This document shows, one piece after another, positions 47,772 to 57,749 of a stretch of DNA of 64,000 nucleotides. Source of the stretch: Candidatus Lutacidiplasmatales archaeon (GTDB lineage: Archaea > Thermoplasmatota > Thermoplasmata > Lutacidiplasmatales > UBA184); contig JBIOKR010000002.1 in NCBI GenBank assembly GCA_044451945.1, forward strand, positions 4,411 to 68,410, written 5' to 3'. The position numbers and the translations under genes were made by a program. The notes under the pieces are model-generated. The model saw only the letters and a list, made by a program, of their open reading frames with translations. It had not been told where the DNA came from and searched no databases. Numbering within the stretch: the first letter of the stretch is position 1; every line of letters starts with the position of its first letter.

Positions 47772-48320
47772 ATGGCGGGCCGCATGCACTGTTCGCCGGC
47801 CGATCTGCTCGCCATCGCCGAGTACGATCGGGCCGTATTCGACCGATTCGTCCGCCGTGCCCGCCGCCTCCCGAAGAAGGGCGCCACGCGCCGCCGCGGG
47901 ATCGGCCACGAGTCGCTCTTCGACACCCTCGTCCACATCCTGAACGTCAAGGAGGTCTGGCTCGTCTACATCGTCCGCGGCCGCTCCTCGGAGAAGGAGC
48001 TCGGGGCGCTCTTCGAGCAGACCGGGCGCCATCCTACCGACTGGAAGGGGTTCGACGACTACTCCAAGCGAGTCTGGGCCGGAGTGGGCGAGACGATGAA
48101 AGGCCTCACCCCCCGCGACCTCGAGCGCCGCGTGAAGGTGTTCTGGATGCCCGGACGCTACACGGTCCGGGACGCGTGCCTTCAGACGACGATCGAGGAG
48201 GCCCACCACCTGGGAGAGATCATCGGGGCCCTCTGGCAGGAGGACCGCCGGCCGCCGGAGATGACGTGGATCGACGTGCGGAGAGCGCTCCCCTCGCCTC
48301 GAAAGCCCCGGACCCGGTAG
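47772..48320 (+). CDS. DinB-family protein
   Basis: SL..TLVHI..V...W and E.HH.GEI motifs. Confidence 0.8.
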   Translation: MAGRMHCSPADLLAIAEYDRAVFDRFVRRARRLPKKGATRRRGIGHESLFDTLVHILNVKEVWLVYIVRGRSSEKELGALFEQTGRHPTDWKGFDDYSKRVWAGVGETMKGLTPRDLERRVKVFWMPGRYTVRDACLQTTIEEAHHLGEIIGALWQEDRRPPEMTWIDVRRALPSPRKPRTR

Positions 48321-48397
48321 GGGCCGAGCGCTCCGAGGCCCCGGGCGAGGCCAGGGAATGAAACCCGCCCGAATCCGATAAGTTGGGTGGCTCCGGG

Positions 48398-48586
48398 TCA
48401 CTCCGTCTTCAACGGCGGTGCCGGCTCGGCTTCGTCGGTCTCGATGACGAACGATCCGATGTAGTCGCAGTCGAGGCAATGGTAGACCTGGCCCATGATG
48501 AGGGCGCCTTCGTAGACGAGATGGTCGGAATTGCACTGCGGGCAGCGCAGTACCCGCTTACCCTTCCTCGGCCGGCGGTGCCGCAT
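48398..48586 (-). CDS. Small Zn-ribbon protein
   Basis: CPQC...[18 protein letters not shown] 48586 with SD GGAGG lies inside the gyrA 3' end. Confidence 0.75.
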   Translation of the reverse strand: MRHRRPRKGKRVLRCPQCNSDHLVYEGALIMGQVYHCLDCDYIGSFVIETDEAEPAPPLKTE

Positions 48587-51170
48587 CGTCCTCCGTCTCG
48601 TCCTCGGGCTCTTCCTCGGCGGACCCCTCCGGAGGCTCGTCGGGAGGCGGCGGGCCCGCCGACGGCTCGACCAAGACATCGTGGCCCTCGAGGGAGGAGG
48701 CGAGCACGACGGCGGTCCGGACCTCGTCGCCTTCGTCGAGACGGATCACCCGGACGCCCAGGGTGTTGCGCATCTGCGAGCGGATGCTCTTGACCTCCAT
48801 GCGGATCGTGATGCCCCCCTGGGTGGTGACGAGGATCTCGTCGTCGTCGCGCGTGGGCAGGACCGCGACCACCGAGCCGTTCCTGCCGCCGGTCTTGATC
48901 GTGCGGACCCCGTGCGCGCCGCGCCGGGTCTTCCGGTAGTCGTCGGTCGGGCTCCGCTTGCCGTAGCCGGTCGAGGTGAGCGTCAGGAGGCAGGGATACT
49001 CCTTGCTGACGGGTGCCATGGCGACCACCCGGTCGTCCTTCTCGTCACCCAGCCGGGCCCCGATCACCCCGTAGGTGGCGCGGCCCATCGGGCGGACCTC
49101 GGCGAGCGGGAAGCGCACGAGTTGGCCGGCGTAGGTGGCGAGCGTGATCTCGGTCGTCTCGTCGGTGATCAGCTGGACCCCGATGAGCTCGTCGTGCTCC
49201 TCGAGGAGTATCGCCTGGATCCCGGAGGTCCGGATGTTCTGGAACTGGGAAAGCTCGGTGCGTTTGACGAACCCCTTCTTCGTCGCGAAGAACAGCGAGC
49301 CCTGGCTCTCGAGGTCCTTGAGCGGGAGCAGCGTCTGGACGCGCTCGCCGTCCTTGAGCTTCGGCAGCAGGTTGATCACCGCCTTGCCCTTCGAATGCCG
49401 GCTCCCCTCGGGGAGCTCGTACGCCTTGAGCCGGTAGACCCTTCCCAACGTCGTGAAGAAGAGGACGTCGTCGTGCGTCCGGGTCACGAAGGTCCGGATG
49501 ACGTAGTCCTCCTGCTTCGTCTCCATCTGGATGAGGCCCCGGCCCCCGCGGCGTTGCCGGCGGTACTGGTCGAGCGGCAGGCGCTTGATGTAGCCATCCC
49601 GGGTGACGAGGACGACGACCTCGGTGTCGGGGATCAGGTCCTCGAGCGTGCGTTCGGTGAACGCGGGGACGACGAGCGTCCGGCGCGCGTCGCCAAAGCG
49701 CTTCTTGAGGTCAGTGAGCTCCTCGACGATCAGTCCGTCGAGCTCTTTCGGGGAAGCGAGGATCGCCTTGAGTTGCTGGATCAGCGCCTCCTTCTCCTGG
49801 CGCTCGGTGTCGACCGACTCGCGCTCGAGCGCCGTCAAGCGGGCGAGCCGCATGTCGAGGATCGCCTTCGCCTGCTCCGTCGAGAGGAGGAACTTGCCCA
49901 TCAACGACGCTTCCGCCGCCGGGGCATCCTGAGAGCGCCGGATGATCTTGATCACCTCGTCGATGTGATCGATCGCGGTGAGGAACCCCTCCAGGATGTG
50001 GAGGCGCTCCTCTGCCTTGCGAAGGTCGAATTGGGTGCGTCGGGTGATCGTCGTCCGGCGGTGCGCGATGTGAAGGTGGAGCAGGTCCAGGAGGGGCAGG
50101 ACCTTCGGCTGCCCCTGGACGAGGCACAGGTTGATCACGCCGAAGCTCGTCTCGAGCGGCGTGTGCTCGTAGATCCGGTTGAGGATGATCTCCCCCGGGG
50201 CGTCGCGCCGTAGCTCGAGGACGACCGACGTCCCGTCGCGGTCGGACTCGTCCCTGAGGTCCGTGACCCCGTCGATCCGTTTCGTCTTGACGAGGTCCGC
50301 GATCAGCTGGAGGAGGGCGGACTTGTTGACCTCGTACGGGATCTCGGTGATGACGATCTCGTCCCTCCCGTCGCGCTCCCGGATCTCGGCCTTGCCGCGA
50401 AGGCGCAACGCCCCTCGGCCGGTCTCGTACGCCTCGCGGATGCCGCTCGAGGCGGCGAGATAGCCTCCGCCCGGGAAGTCCGGCGCGGGGAGTACCTGCA
50501 TCACTTCATCGAGGTTCGCCTCGGGTTTCCGAATCAGCAGGAGGAGGGCGTCGACGACCTCGCCCAGGTTGTGGGGCGGCATGTTGGTCGCCATGCCGAC
50601 GGCGATCCCCGCCGAGCCGTTGATCAGAAGGTTCGGGACCTTCGAAGGGAGCAGGAGCGGCTCCTTGAGCGTCCCATCGAAGTTGTCGTTCCAGTTGACC
50701 GTCTCCTTCTCGATGTCGAGGAGCATCTCCTCGGAAAGCGCGGAGAGCCGCGCCTCGGTGTACCGCATGGCCGCGGGCGAATCGCCGTCGATCGAGCCGA
50801 AGTTCCCCTGGCCGTCGATGAACGGATAGCGCAACGAGAACGGCTGCGCCATCCGGACGAGCGCGTCGTAGACCGACATGTCGCCGTGCGGGTGGTACTT
50901 GCCGAGGACGTCTCCGACGGTGCGCGCCGATTTCCGGTACGCCTTGTCGTGCGTCGCCCCGCTCTCCCACATCGACCAGAGGATGCGGCGGTGCACGGGC
51001 TTGAGACCGTCCCGCCCCTCGGGGAGCGCCCTTCCCACGATGACGCTCATCGCGTAATCGAGGTAGGAGGTGTGCATCTCCCGCTCGACGGGCTGGTCGC
51101 GGACCCCATGGTCCTCCTCGAGGACCGGCGGGGGGGGATCGACCGGCGCCTTCTGGGCCGGCGCGCTCAT
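48558..51170 (-). CDS. gyrA: DNA gyrase subunit A
   Basis: [20 protein letters not shown], catalytic AAMRYTE, GyrA-box QRRGGRG, beta-pinwheel repeats, acidic tail. Confidence 0.97.
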   Translation of the reverse strand: MSAPAQKAPVDPPPPVLEEDHGVRDQPVEREMHTSYLDYAMSVIVGRALPEGRDGLKPVHRRILWSMWESGATHDKAYRKSARTVGDVLGKYHPHGDMSVYDALVRMAQPFSLRYPFIDGQGNFGSIDGDSPAAMRYTEARLSALSEEMLLDIEKETVNWNDNFDGTLKEPLLLPSKVPNLLINGSAGIAVGMATNMPPHNLGEVVDALLLLIRKPEANLDEVMQVLPAPDFPGGGYLAASSGIREAYETGRGALRLRGKAEIRERDGRDEIVITEIPYEVNKSALLQLIADLVKTKRIDGVTDLRDESDRDGTSVVLELRRDAPGEIILNRIYEHTPLETSFGVINLCLVQGQPKVLPLLDLLHLHIAHRRTTITRRTQFDLRKAEERLHILEGFLTAIDHIDEVIKIIRRSQDAPAAEASLMGKFLLSTEQAKAILDMRLARLTALERESVDTERQEKEALIQQLKAILASPKELDGLIVEELTDLKKRFGDARRTLVVPAFTERTLEDLIPDTEVVVLVTRDGYIKRLPLDQYRRQRRGGRGLIQMETKQEDYVIRTFVTRTHDDVLFFTTLGRVYRLKAYELPEGSRHSKGKAVINLLPKLKDGERVQTLLPLKDLESQGSLFFATKKGFVKRTELSQFQNIRTSGIQAILLEEHDELIGVQLITDETTEITLATYAGQLVRFPLAEVRPMGRATYGVIGARLGDEKDDRVVAMAPVSKEYPCLLTLTSTGYGKRSPTDDYRKTRRGAHGVRTIKTGGRNGSVVAVLPTRDDDEILVTTQGGITIRMEVKSIRSQMRNTLGVRVIRLDEGDEVRTAVVLASSLEGHDVLVEPSAGPPPPDEPPEGSAEEEPEDETEDDAAPPAEEG

Positions 51171-52567
51171 CGGGCGGCCTCCTTCAGGAGGGGCGCGATC
51201 TGGAGAGCGATGATCCGGTTCGCTTCGGCGAGGAAGGCGTCACGGCTACCCGAGGGGATCGTGGCGCCGCTCGCGACGGTGTGGCCGCCTCCCTCTCCGT
51301 GGACGCTCGCGGCGGCGTCCCGCACCGCGCTCGAGAGGTCGAGGCCCTGGTCGACGAGCCATCGGGTTCCGCGCCCCGAGAGCTTGATGTCGTGCTCGCC
51401 GTGGGAGAAGACGAACACGGGGCGTCGCGGGTCGAGAAGGTAGTTCATCGCCAGCCCTGCCTGGGTTCCCGCCAAGGTCGTCTCCGCGCTCTCGAACCAC
51501 TGGAGCGCGCCCAACGAATTAACCCCGTCGTTCTCGATGCGGCGGAGCCCGTTCAAGATGCCCGTGCGCCATTCCTCCTCCGCCCGGCGCGCGCGCTCGA
51601 TCGCCGACCTGTCCCCGAAGCAGATGGCGACTCCGAGCCCGGGCGTGCCGATACGCCCCGTGGCGTTCTGCAGGTTCGAAAGCTCCTCCGCGCCGAGGCC
51701 GACCGACGGCAGCTCCCAGAGGTCACGGGCGACCAGCTCGCAGAACTCCGGCCGGACCCCCTGACGGGCGAGGCGGGCGGTGAGCGCGGTGACGAGCCGA
51801 CGCTCCTCCTCGGGCTCCAAGCGGTCGACCGGTCGGGCCGGGTCGATGCGAAGCTCCTGGAGGAACGACTTAGACTCCTCGGAGCGCCCGGAGAGGCCGG
51901 CGTAGTACGGGTCGATGCTGCGGCCGAGCGCCGCCCCGAGGCTCGGACCGTGAAGCGCGATCCGGTGGGCGCGCACGACCAGCGAGCGGCTGACCGCCTC
52001 CTCGAGGAGCCGCGCATTGAGCCCCCGCATCCCGCCGATATGCTGGCGGTCCGCGATCGCCCCTGAGATCCCCCACGGCGCGTTGTCCCAGTTCTTCGGG
52101 TCGAGAAAGACGGTGAACAGCCAGCTGAGCGTCGCGGCGCACATCTCGCTCATGCCGTCGACGCCCCAGTCGAGCGGGTTGACGAGTGCGACGTGGTCGG
52201 GAAGGGAGGGAGGATTCGGGAAGCCGGGGTACCGGTGGTGGTCGAGGATGATCACCGGTTGCTTGTGCTCGACGTAAAGGTCGAGCCAGCTCGCCCCGGT
52301 ATCCACGACCAGCACAGGTCCGGGCGTCGCCGTGAGGAGCTCCTGCATCCGTCCTCTTTCGACCGCCTTGAGCGGGGTCGTCTGGAACGGGTACCCGAGG
52401 CGCGTGAGGGCGCGGGCGATCGAGCAGGCGCTTGCGATCCCGTCCCCGTCGTAATGGTAGACGATCCGCCAGCGCTTCGGGTGGGCGAGAAGAAGGCCAC
52501 GGGCCTTGGTGAATTCGCTCGAGTAGCTCGGCTGGGTAACGAATCCTTCGGGCCCCGAGGGCATCAC
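51167..52567 (-). CDS. Archaeal RecJ-like DHH/DHHA1 phosphoesterase
   Basis: HYDGDG, VDTG, ILDHH, GAIAD, KLSGR, GGGH..ASGA. Confidence 0.9.
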   Translation of the reverse strand: MMPSGPEGFVTQPSYSSEFTKARGLLLAHPKRWRIVYHYDGDGIASACSIARALTRLGYPFQTTPLKAVERGRMQELLTATPGPVLVVDTGASWLDLYVEHKQPVIILDHHRYPGFPNPPSLPDHVALVNPLDWGVDGMSEMCAATLSWLFTVFLDPKNWDNAPWGISGAIADRQHIGGMRGLNARLLEEAVSRSLVVRAHRIALHGPSLGAALGRSIDPYYAGLSGRSEESKSFLQELRIDPARPVDRLEPEEERRLVTALTARLARQGVRPEFCELVARDLWELPSVGLGAEELSNLQNATGRIGTPGLGVAICFGDRSAIERARRAEEEWRTGILNGLRRIENDGVNSLGALQWFESAETTLAGTQAGLAMNYLLDPRRPVFVFSHGEHDIKLSGRGTRWLVDQGLDLSSAVRDAAASVHGEGGGHTVASGATIPSGSRDAFLAEANRIIALQIAPLLKEAAR

Positions 52568-53004
52568 GCCACCTGAAAGCAGGCCGAGATCGAGTCGGCG
52601 TCCGTACGTGTCGACACAGTGTCCCCGGATTCACGCGTTGAGCGATGGGTGTACGACCATTCAACTCTATTTCAGGTCCACGCTACTTCGGCCCCGGCCG
52701 GGGTTGATATCCTCTAACGGAGTCGCTCTGGCGCCAGGACCAAGACGCGACCGCGCCTGAGACGGGGCAGGCCCGATTCCCCAGGAAGGGCCGTCACGAT
52801 CGGCCGGCCGGACGGATCGTCGCGATTCCCCGTGCTCAGAGGGCGGTCTGAGTGGGTCATGGACCGCGAATCCTCCCGTCTCCATTTTCCACGCCGCGCG
52901 ATCGAAATCTGTCGCCCGACTGTCACGGAGTCTCGAGAGCTATGGGGAGGGAAACCGCGAGGGATGCCGTCGAGTTCGTTCGCTCCCATTGACGGCCGGA
53001 TCGG

Positions 53005-53580
53005 TCATCGTACGCGATCGGTCGGACCGAATAGTCGTAGGGTCTCCTTGACTTCCTCAGTTCGAGCTCGGATTCTTTCAGCGATTCCGAAGTGTTTGGC
53101 GACCTCCAAGACGCCCTCAAAGGTGGACTCCGGAACTCCGGCACGGACGTCCCTTCGGATCTTTGCCACGTAGAGCCGCCAGTCGTCGGTGCAAAGCCGC
53201 ATGTACCACACAACCTCCGGCCGAGCCCAACGCACCGCGCCGTGGCGATCGGATCGATACTCGCCCACGTAGGCCACAAACGCATCTCCGCTCTGGGCTC
53301 CCGAAAAGGGGGTACCGACGATGAACTCCACTTCGACCCAACCCGAGCGGACGAGGATCCTCGTCGAGCCTATCGTGCCCGACGGCTCGAAGGGGGCGAC
53401 GTCATTCCGGTCCTCAAATGCGTGTTCGAGAGCATCGAAATCCCCGACGGCGACGAGGAGGTCAACGTCTCCCGTCCCGACCCCGAATCTCCGCTCGAGC
53501 GCTGGCCCTCCGACGACGACGAATTCGACACCGAGCTTCCGGAGCCTCTCTGCGATCAACTCGATATCGTCGGCGTTCAC
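53005..53580 (-). CDS. Nucleotidyltransferase-fold protein (AbiEii/type IV TA toxin-like)
   Basis: FVVVGG.A.....G.GTGDVDLLV motif; overlaps the upstream gene by 4 nt. Confidence 0.65.
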   Translation of the reverse strand: MNADDIELIAERLRKLGVEFVVVGGPALERRFGVGTGDVDLLVAVGDFDALEHAFEDRNDVAPFEPSGTIGSTRILVRSGWVEVEFIVGTPFSGAQSGDAFVAYVGEYRSDRHGAVRWARPEVVWYMRLCTDDWRLYVAKIRRDVRAGVPESTFEGVLEVAKHFGIAERIRARTEEVKETLRLFGPTDRVR

Positions 53581-54143
53581 GGAATCACCTGCTTCGGCGA
53601 GTTCTTACGCATCTGGCGCTCTAGGGTCGCCTTGGGAAGGGCATCCCCGACCGCTTCGATAGCCGGAGCGAAGTCTTGGAGTCGTACGAGGGTGGCTGCC
53701 CTCTCCAAGTTCTCCTGGAGAACCCGCTTGAGCAAGTAGGCCGGCCGAAGCTCGGCACGGTTCCTCTCTGCCACCGCACGAGCGGCGAGCTCGTCCAGTT
53801 GGAGCAGCATGACGATCACGTCCTCGATCCGCGGATCTCGGATGGCATCAACAGAGGTTGACGGGAGCTTGCGGAACTGGGTGTCCACGCCGGAGAGCGT
53901 CGGCTCAACGGAGAAGAGAACGGGGGGGAAGTTGATCGGATAGCCCAGCATGATGACCGTCTCCGGGCGCAGGAGATAGACCGGGAGGCCGGCCCGGTGC
54001 GCCTTCTCGGCCCGCTCGGGGGTGTCAATGCGTAGCCGGGTCCGCTGGACGGGTCGATGAAACGGCCGCGTCTCGGGCACGAAGAGATCACGCGGAATCG
54101 CCCTGTCCGACGGGCTTCGGACAAAGGACACGCTCGGCTGCAT
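53577..54143 (-). CDS. Hypothetical protein, candidate partner/antitoxin of the nucleotidyltransferase
   Basis: Leaderless ATG after an AT-rich promoter (about 54165-54175); P.IEDVIV.LL helical C-terminus; coupled to the next gene. Confidence 0.55.
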   Translation of the reverse strand: MQPSVSFVRSPSDRAIPRDLFVPETRPFHRPVQRTRLRIDTPERAEKAHRAGLPVYLLRPETVIMLGYPINFPPVLFSVEPTLSGVDTQFRKLPSTSVDAIRDPRIEDVIVMLLQLDELAARAVAERNRAELRPAYLLKRVLQENLERAATLVRLQDFAPAIEAVGDALPKATLERQMRKNSPKQVIP

Positions 54144-54555
54144 GCCGTGTATGTGGGTTTGTAAGTATATAAGTAATGTGCGTTAGCAATTGGTATTGCG
54201 GCTGAACGCGAGTCGATGCGAGGGGATCGAACCGGTGCCCCGGCCCCTCAGGGCCACCGGCCTCCCGCTCGGCCCTCAGGAAGGGCCCGACATCAAAGAC
54301 CCACCTCAGACGAATCGACGCGGTGACGAACCCCGAAGGAACCTCACGCACCGCGTCAGAGTTCCTGCGCAGGCCGAGGGCCGTTCGGCTCGACCAAGTG
54401 CCGGTCCGAGGTTCTCCTCGTCCGGTATTCGCTAACGCCGGGTGTCGGACACCCTCGAGTCTGGACGTTCGAGCTGAGCACGGGGTGTTCGTGCTGCGAA
54501 CTCGGCCTTTGTAGATCGGCCTAGACCACCCGCGCCAGCGAATCCTGGCGGATTC

Positions 54556-54572
54556 GTCTCCCCGGGGGAGAC
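54556..54572 (-). terminator. GC hairpin at the rps15 stop
   Basis: GTCTCCCC-G-GGGGAGAC inverted repeat abutting the stop codon. Confidence 0.35.
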
Positions 54573-55027
54573 TACTCCACCTGGAGCACCGCGCCGGCGG
54601 ACGTGTACCGCCAGCTCTCCGGGAGGACCTTGCGCTGCCGATAGTAGCGGGCGAGGCGCCGGATCCGGGACTCCATCAGGTGAAGACCACGGCTGTTCGA
54701 GAGGTCCTTAGGATGGGTCAGGAGGTGGCGCTGGAGGTGGACGACGCGCTTGAGCAGCGCCTGGAGGTCTTCGGGGAGGTCGGGGTGGACGCCGTTCTCC
54801 TCGAGAAGCTTCGAAAGGCGCCGCCCGGTGACGGAACGGCTGGAGGGAACGCCGTGCGTGTCGCGTAGGATGGTGCCGACCTGGGCGGAGTTGAGGCCGG
54901 TCTTCGCGAGCTTGACCGCCTCCTCGGCGACCTCCTGGGGGTCGAGGGTCTCCCAGGTGGGTTTGGCAATCGGATAGGGCCGGTGCGAGCCGGCGCGACC
55001 CTTATGCCCGGAGTGGATGCGGGACAC
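54572..55027 (-). CDS. rps15: 30S ribosomal protein S15 (uS15)
   Basis: R.H...KG..GS.RP, G.ILRD.HGVP, PEDL..L, KDL...RGL...ESRIRRL.RYY, LP..W.Y. Confidence 0.97.
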   Translation of the reverse strand: MSRIHSGHKGRAGSHRPYPIAKPTWETLDPQEVAEEAVKLAKTGLNSAQVGTILRDTHGVPSSRSVTGRRLSKLLEENGVHPDLPEDLQALLKRVVHLQRHLLTHPKDLSNSRGLHLMESRIRRLARYYRQRKVLPESWRYTSAGAVLQVE

Positions 55028-55081
55028 GGGAAATCCACCTACGTCGATTACTTAACGCTTCGTCCCGGGGGCCGTTTCCCC

Positions 55082-55423
55082 TCAGCCGATGCGGTCGGAG
55101 TCCTCGATCGACTCGGCGAGGAACCGCTTCCCGGGGGCGGTGATCAGGTAGCGGTGGGTCGACGCCCGCTGGCGCTGGAAGGAGTAGCTGGAGGGCTTCT
55201 GCGCTTCGACCAGGCCGTTGCGAAGCAGCAGGCCGAGCGCGAGAGCCACCTTGACCGATCCCTGCTTGACCGCCCAGAAATCCGTAAGGAGGCCCTCGAT
55301 CTCCTTCAGCTCGAGCGCCTGCTCCTCCGGGTCACCCTCGTGCACCGACGCGGCGTGGTTGAGCTGCTTGAGGATCGCGAGCAGCGTGGCCCGGTTCGGG
55401 TCTCCCTGAGCGGGTCGGGGCAT
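55082..55423 (-). CDS. Winged-helix-like hypothetical protein (paralog A)
   Basis: ALGLLLRNGLVE..RYLIT..GK.FL..IEDS.RI. Confidence 0.7.
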   Translation of the reverse strand: MPRPAQGDPNRATLLAILKQLNHAASVHEGDPEEQALELKEIEGLLTDFWAVKQGSVKVALALGLLLRNGLVEAQKPSSYSFQRQRASTHRYLITAPGKRFLAESIEDSDRIG

Positions 55424-55484
55424 CCGATGGAATCTACGCGGGGTTGTCTTACTTAACCCCCACTGGAACGGGGGGTCGGACGTC

Positions 55485-55829
55485 TCAGCGGATTCGATTC
55501 GAATCCTCGATCTGCCGGTTCAGGTAGTCCTTCCCCAGCGTCGTGATGACGTACCGGCGACCGACCAGGCGCTCCCTGTCCCAGGCGTAGACCTCGTTCG
55601 TCCGCTCCGCGAGCAGGCCATTCTCGACCAGGAGGGCCACGGCGTCCTCGAAGTTCTGGTCGCCGACATGCATCGCCCAAAAGAGTCGCATCGACCGGGC
55701 GAGCTCGATCATCTCGAGCCCCTCGACATCGTCCCGGCGGTCCTCGGCCTCCTTGTTGAGCCGTCGGAGGATCTCCATTAGGATCTCATGGAAGGCCCAG
55801 GCGATCTCTCTGGGCGTCTCGGCACGCAC
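55485..55829 (-). CDS. Winged-helix-like hypothetical protein (paralog B)
   Basis: AVALLVENGLL..RYVIT..GK.YL..IEDS.RI; GTG 55829 follows a TTTATT box. Start uncertain. Confidence 0.7.
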   Translation of the reverse strand: MRAETPREIAWAFHEILMEILRRLNKEAEDRRDDVEGLEMIELARSMRLFWAMHVGDQNFEDAVALLVENGLLAERTNEVYAWDRERLVGRRYVITTLGKDYLNRQIEDSNRIR

Positions 55830-56128
55830 GACACGGTCAGGGAGGGCCCGCAATAAACCCGCGTGCTCTGGTCATGCAGCCGTGCGGCACGGCAAGGGCT
55901 GAGCACCCCAGCAAGGCAGCCTCTCGGCGTTGGGGAGTTTCTTGCCCGGAGTGAGCGGACTGATTCGGCCCGCCATCGGGAGATCCGCGTTGCTGCGACC
56001 TCGGGCGGGATCCGCCGGCTGCGGTCTTGAAGCTCTACGCCGACGGGAACTCCAGGAATGTCCTTGCGTGACCTTAACAGGGGGGCGGGAGTCCCTTGGT
56101 CCGGTCCTGCGGGCCCGGATGGATAGGA

Positions 56129-57187
56129 ATGACAACCCTGAGAAGGTACAACACCCACTCCGAGGTCGCCCGTCACCGGTCCCTGGCGTGGGGCGGACCG
56201 GTATTCGCCAGCGTGCTCGTGGCGAGCCTGCTCATCGTGTCGCCCCTCGGAAGCGGGGCGGGAAGCGCCAAGCCTCCATACTTCGGCGCGATGAGGACCA
56301 ATTCCCTCCTCCAGGTCGACGGTTGCGCCACTTCGAAGATCCTCAAGGCCCCGGCGTTCAGCTTCAAGACCGGGCGGGGCAACCTGTCCGTCTCCTCCAA
56401 CCTGAGGAAGTGCAACCCGGGGCTCGGTTACGGGACGTACAACCTCTCCTATACGACGGGGGGGATGGTTATCGACATCAATCTTACCCACACCCTCGGA
56501 TTGGGGGGGAAGCAGTCGTTCGCCACGTTCACCAATTTCTCGGTCGGCGTGAGCCTTTCCGCCAGGACGCTTGCGCAAGTCGTCACCACGACCATGTGCC
56601 CCCCCGGTCCGGTGGTGGAGTACATCAGCCCCACGAACGCCAGCTATGATGAGAACACCAGCATGGCGGACTGTGGGGCCACCGCGCAGGCCTTCGAGAT
56701 CTTGACCGCGTTTGTAGTGGACGAGACGAACGACACGAGCTGGGCCGTCAACGGGAGCACGTTGCCCCCATCGTGCTCGTTCCTGAGCGTCTTCTGCTCC
56801 GAAAACCTGAGCGAGTACTACAACTACGAATCCGGAACCGAATTTGGTCCCGGGAACGCGTACGGGTACACTCCCAACGTTTGGGGCTGGACGAACCTCT
56901 CGTCATGGTCCAACTACTCGTATCCGTCTGCGACGGGGTACACGGGGAGCTTCTGGTTCAACTCCACCGACGGGCACTCGATGTGCGCGCCCCACAACAC
57001 GTGCGGCTTCCTGGTTGCACCACCGTATCTCAACGGGTGGAAGTTCAACTCGCACCACATCTACGCACTGCTGCTCTATGTCAATGCGACCGTGGAAGCC
57101 TACGGCTCCGGGTTCGCCGGAACCCGCGCCTCTGCGACGGTGAGCGACCCATCGGGATTTACCATTACCTCGGTGCGACAGTCCTGA
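56129..57187 (+). CDS. Secreted Cys/Ser/Thr/Asn-rich hypothetical protein (paralog of 4314..5165)
   Basis: Signal-like helix; shared PY.G...GCA..K....F...TG.G motif. Confidence 0.75.
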   Translation: MTTLRRYNTHSEVARHRSLAWGGPVFASVLVASLLIVSPLGSGAGSAKPPYFGAMRTNSLLQVDGCATSKILKAPAFSFKTGRGNLSVSSNLRKCNPGLGYGTYNLSYTTGGMVIDINLTHTLGLGGKQSFATFTNFSVGVSLSARTLAQVVTTTMCPPGPVVEYISPTNASYDENTSMADCGATAQAFEILTAFVVDETNDTSWAVNGSTLPPSCSFLSVFCSENLSEYYNYESGTEFGPGNAYGYTPNVWGWTNLSSWSNYSYPSATGYTGSFWFNSTDGHSMCAPHNTCGFLVAPPYLNGWKFNSHHIYALLLYVNATVEAYGSGFAGTRASATVSDPSGFTITSVRQS

Positions 57188-57423
57188 GCCACTGCGGGCC
57201 AAACGAGTAGGAGCTGCCTTCAGGGCGGAGCCCCGGGAGGCCCCTCGCTCTCCCGGTGGCTCGTAATGGGCCGGGCTCCCCCCCGCATCCGCCCCTACCA
57301 TGACCTTGCCGGTCGGCGAGCCAGAAGGGTCGAACCCATCGCCATGAGCCCGGTTTCCGCCGCTCTCGACACACTGCAATTCGGGCCGAGACCTTATGTC
57401 GGGAGCGTCGCTGTATAGACTCG

Positions 57424-57732
57424 ATGGCCTGCACGTGCCGCGCTCCGGCGAGATGTCCGGTATGCAACACCCCCGTCCGGGTCCCGCTTTCCCACCTCGA
57501 GACGTCGAGCGGCGCCGCGGTTCTGGTCGACCGATTTGCCCGTCGCGACTCCTCCTCCAGCCGAGAGGGACTGCGCCGGCTCATCGAGGGCTCCTCCTCC
57601 TGCCCAAGCTGCGCCACCACGATCGTTCACGCCCACAGCCGCTCCTGCGTCGCGGACGCGCTCAGCGCTGCCGGCGTGCCCCTGAGCGAGCGCGAGGCGA
57701 TCCTCGCGAAGATCGTCTTCCCCGAGGGATAG
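57424..57732 (+). CDS. Small Cys-rich (Zn-finger) hypothetical protein
   Basis: CTC....CPVC and CPSC....H.H..C; directly upstream of trpS. Confidence 0.6.
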   Translation: MACTCRAPARCPVCNTPVRVPLSHLETSSGAAVLVDRFARRDSSSSREGLRRLIEGSSSCPSCATTIVHAHSRSCVADALSAAGVPLSEREAILAKIVFPEG

Positions 57733-57749
57733 CCCGCGGGATCGACCGC

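Noticed and set aside
54215..54260. GGTTCGATCCC on the minus strand as a tRNA T-arm
   Set aside because: The flanks do not form a T-stem or acceptor stem; no cloverleaf.
55490..55510. TTCGAATCC tRNA-like motif
   Set aside because: It is the 3' end of a coding sequence (EDSNRIR) on the minus strand.
57300..57346. GGCGATGG..TTCG on the minus strand as a fluoride riboswitch
   Set aside because: The 3' GCTRATGAC element is missing and no fluoride-related gene follows.
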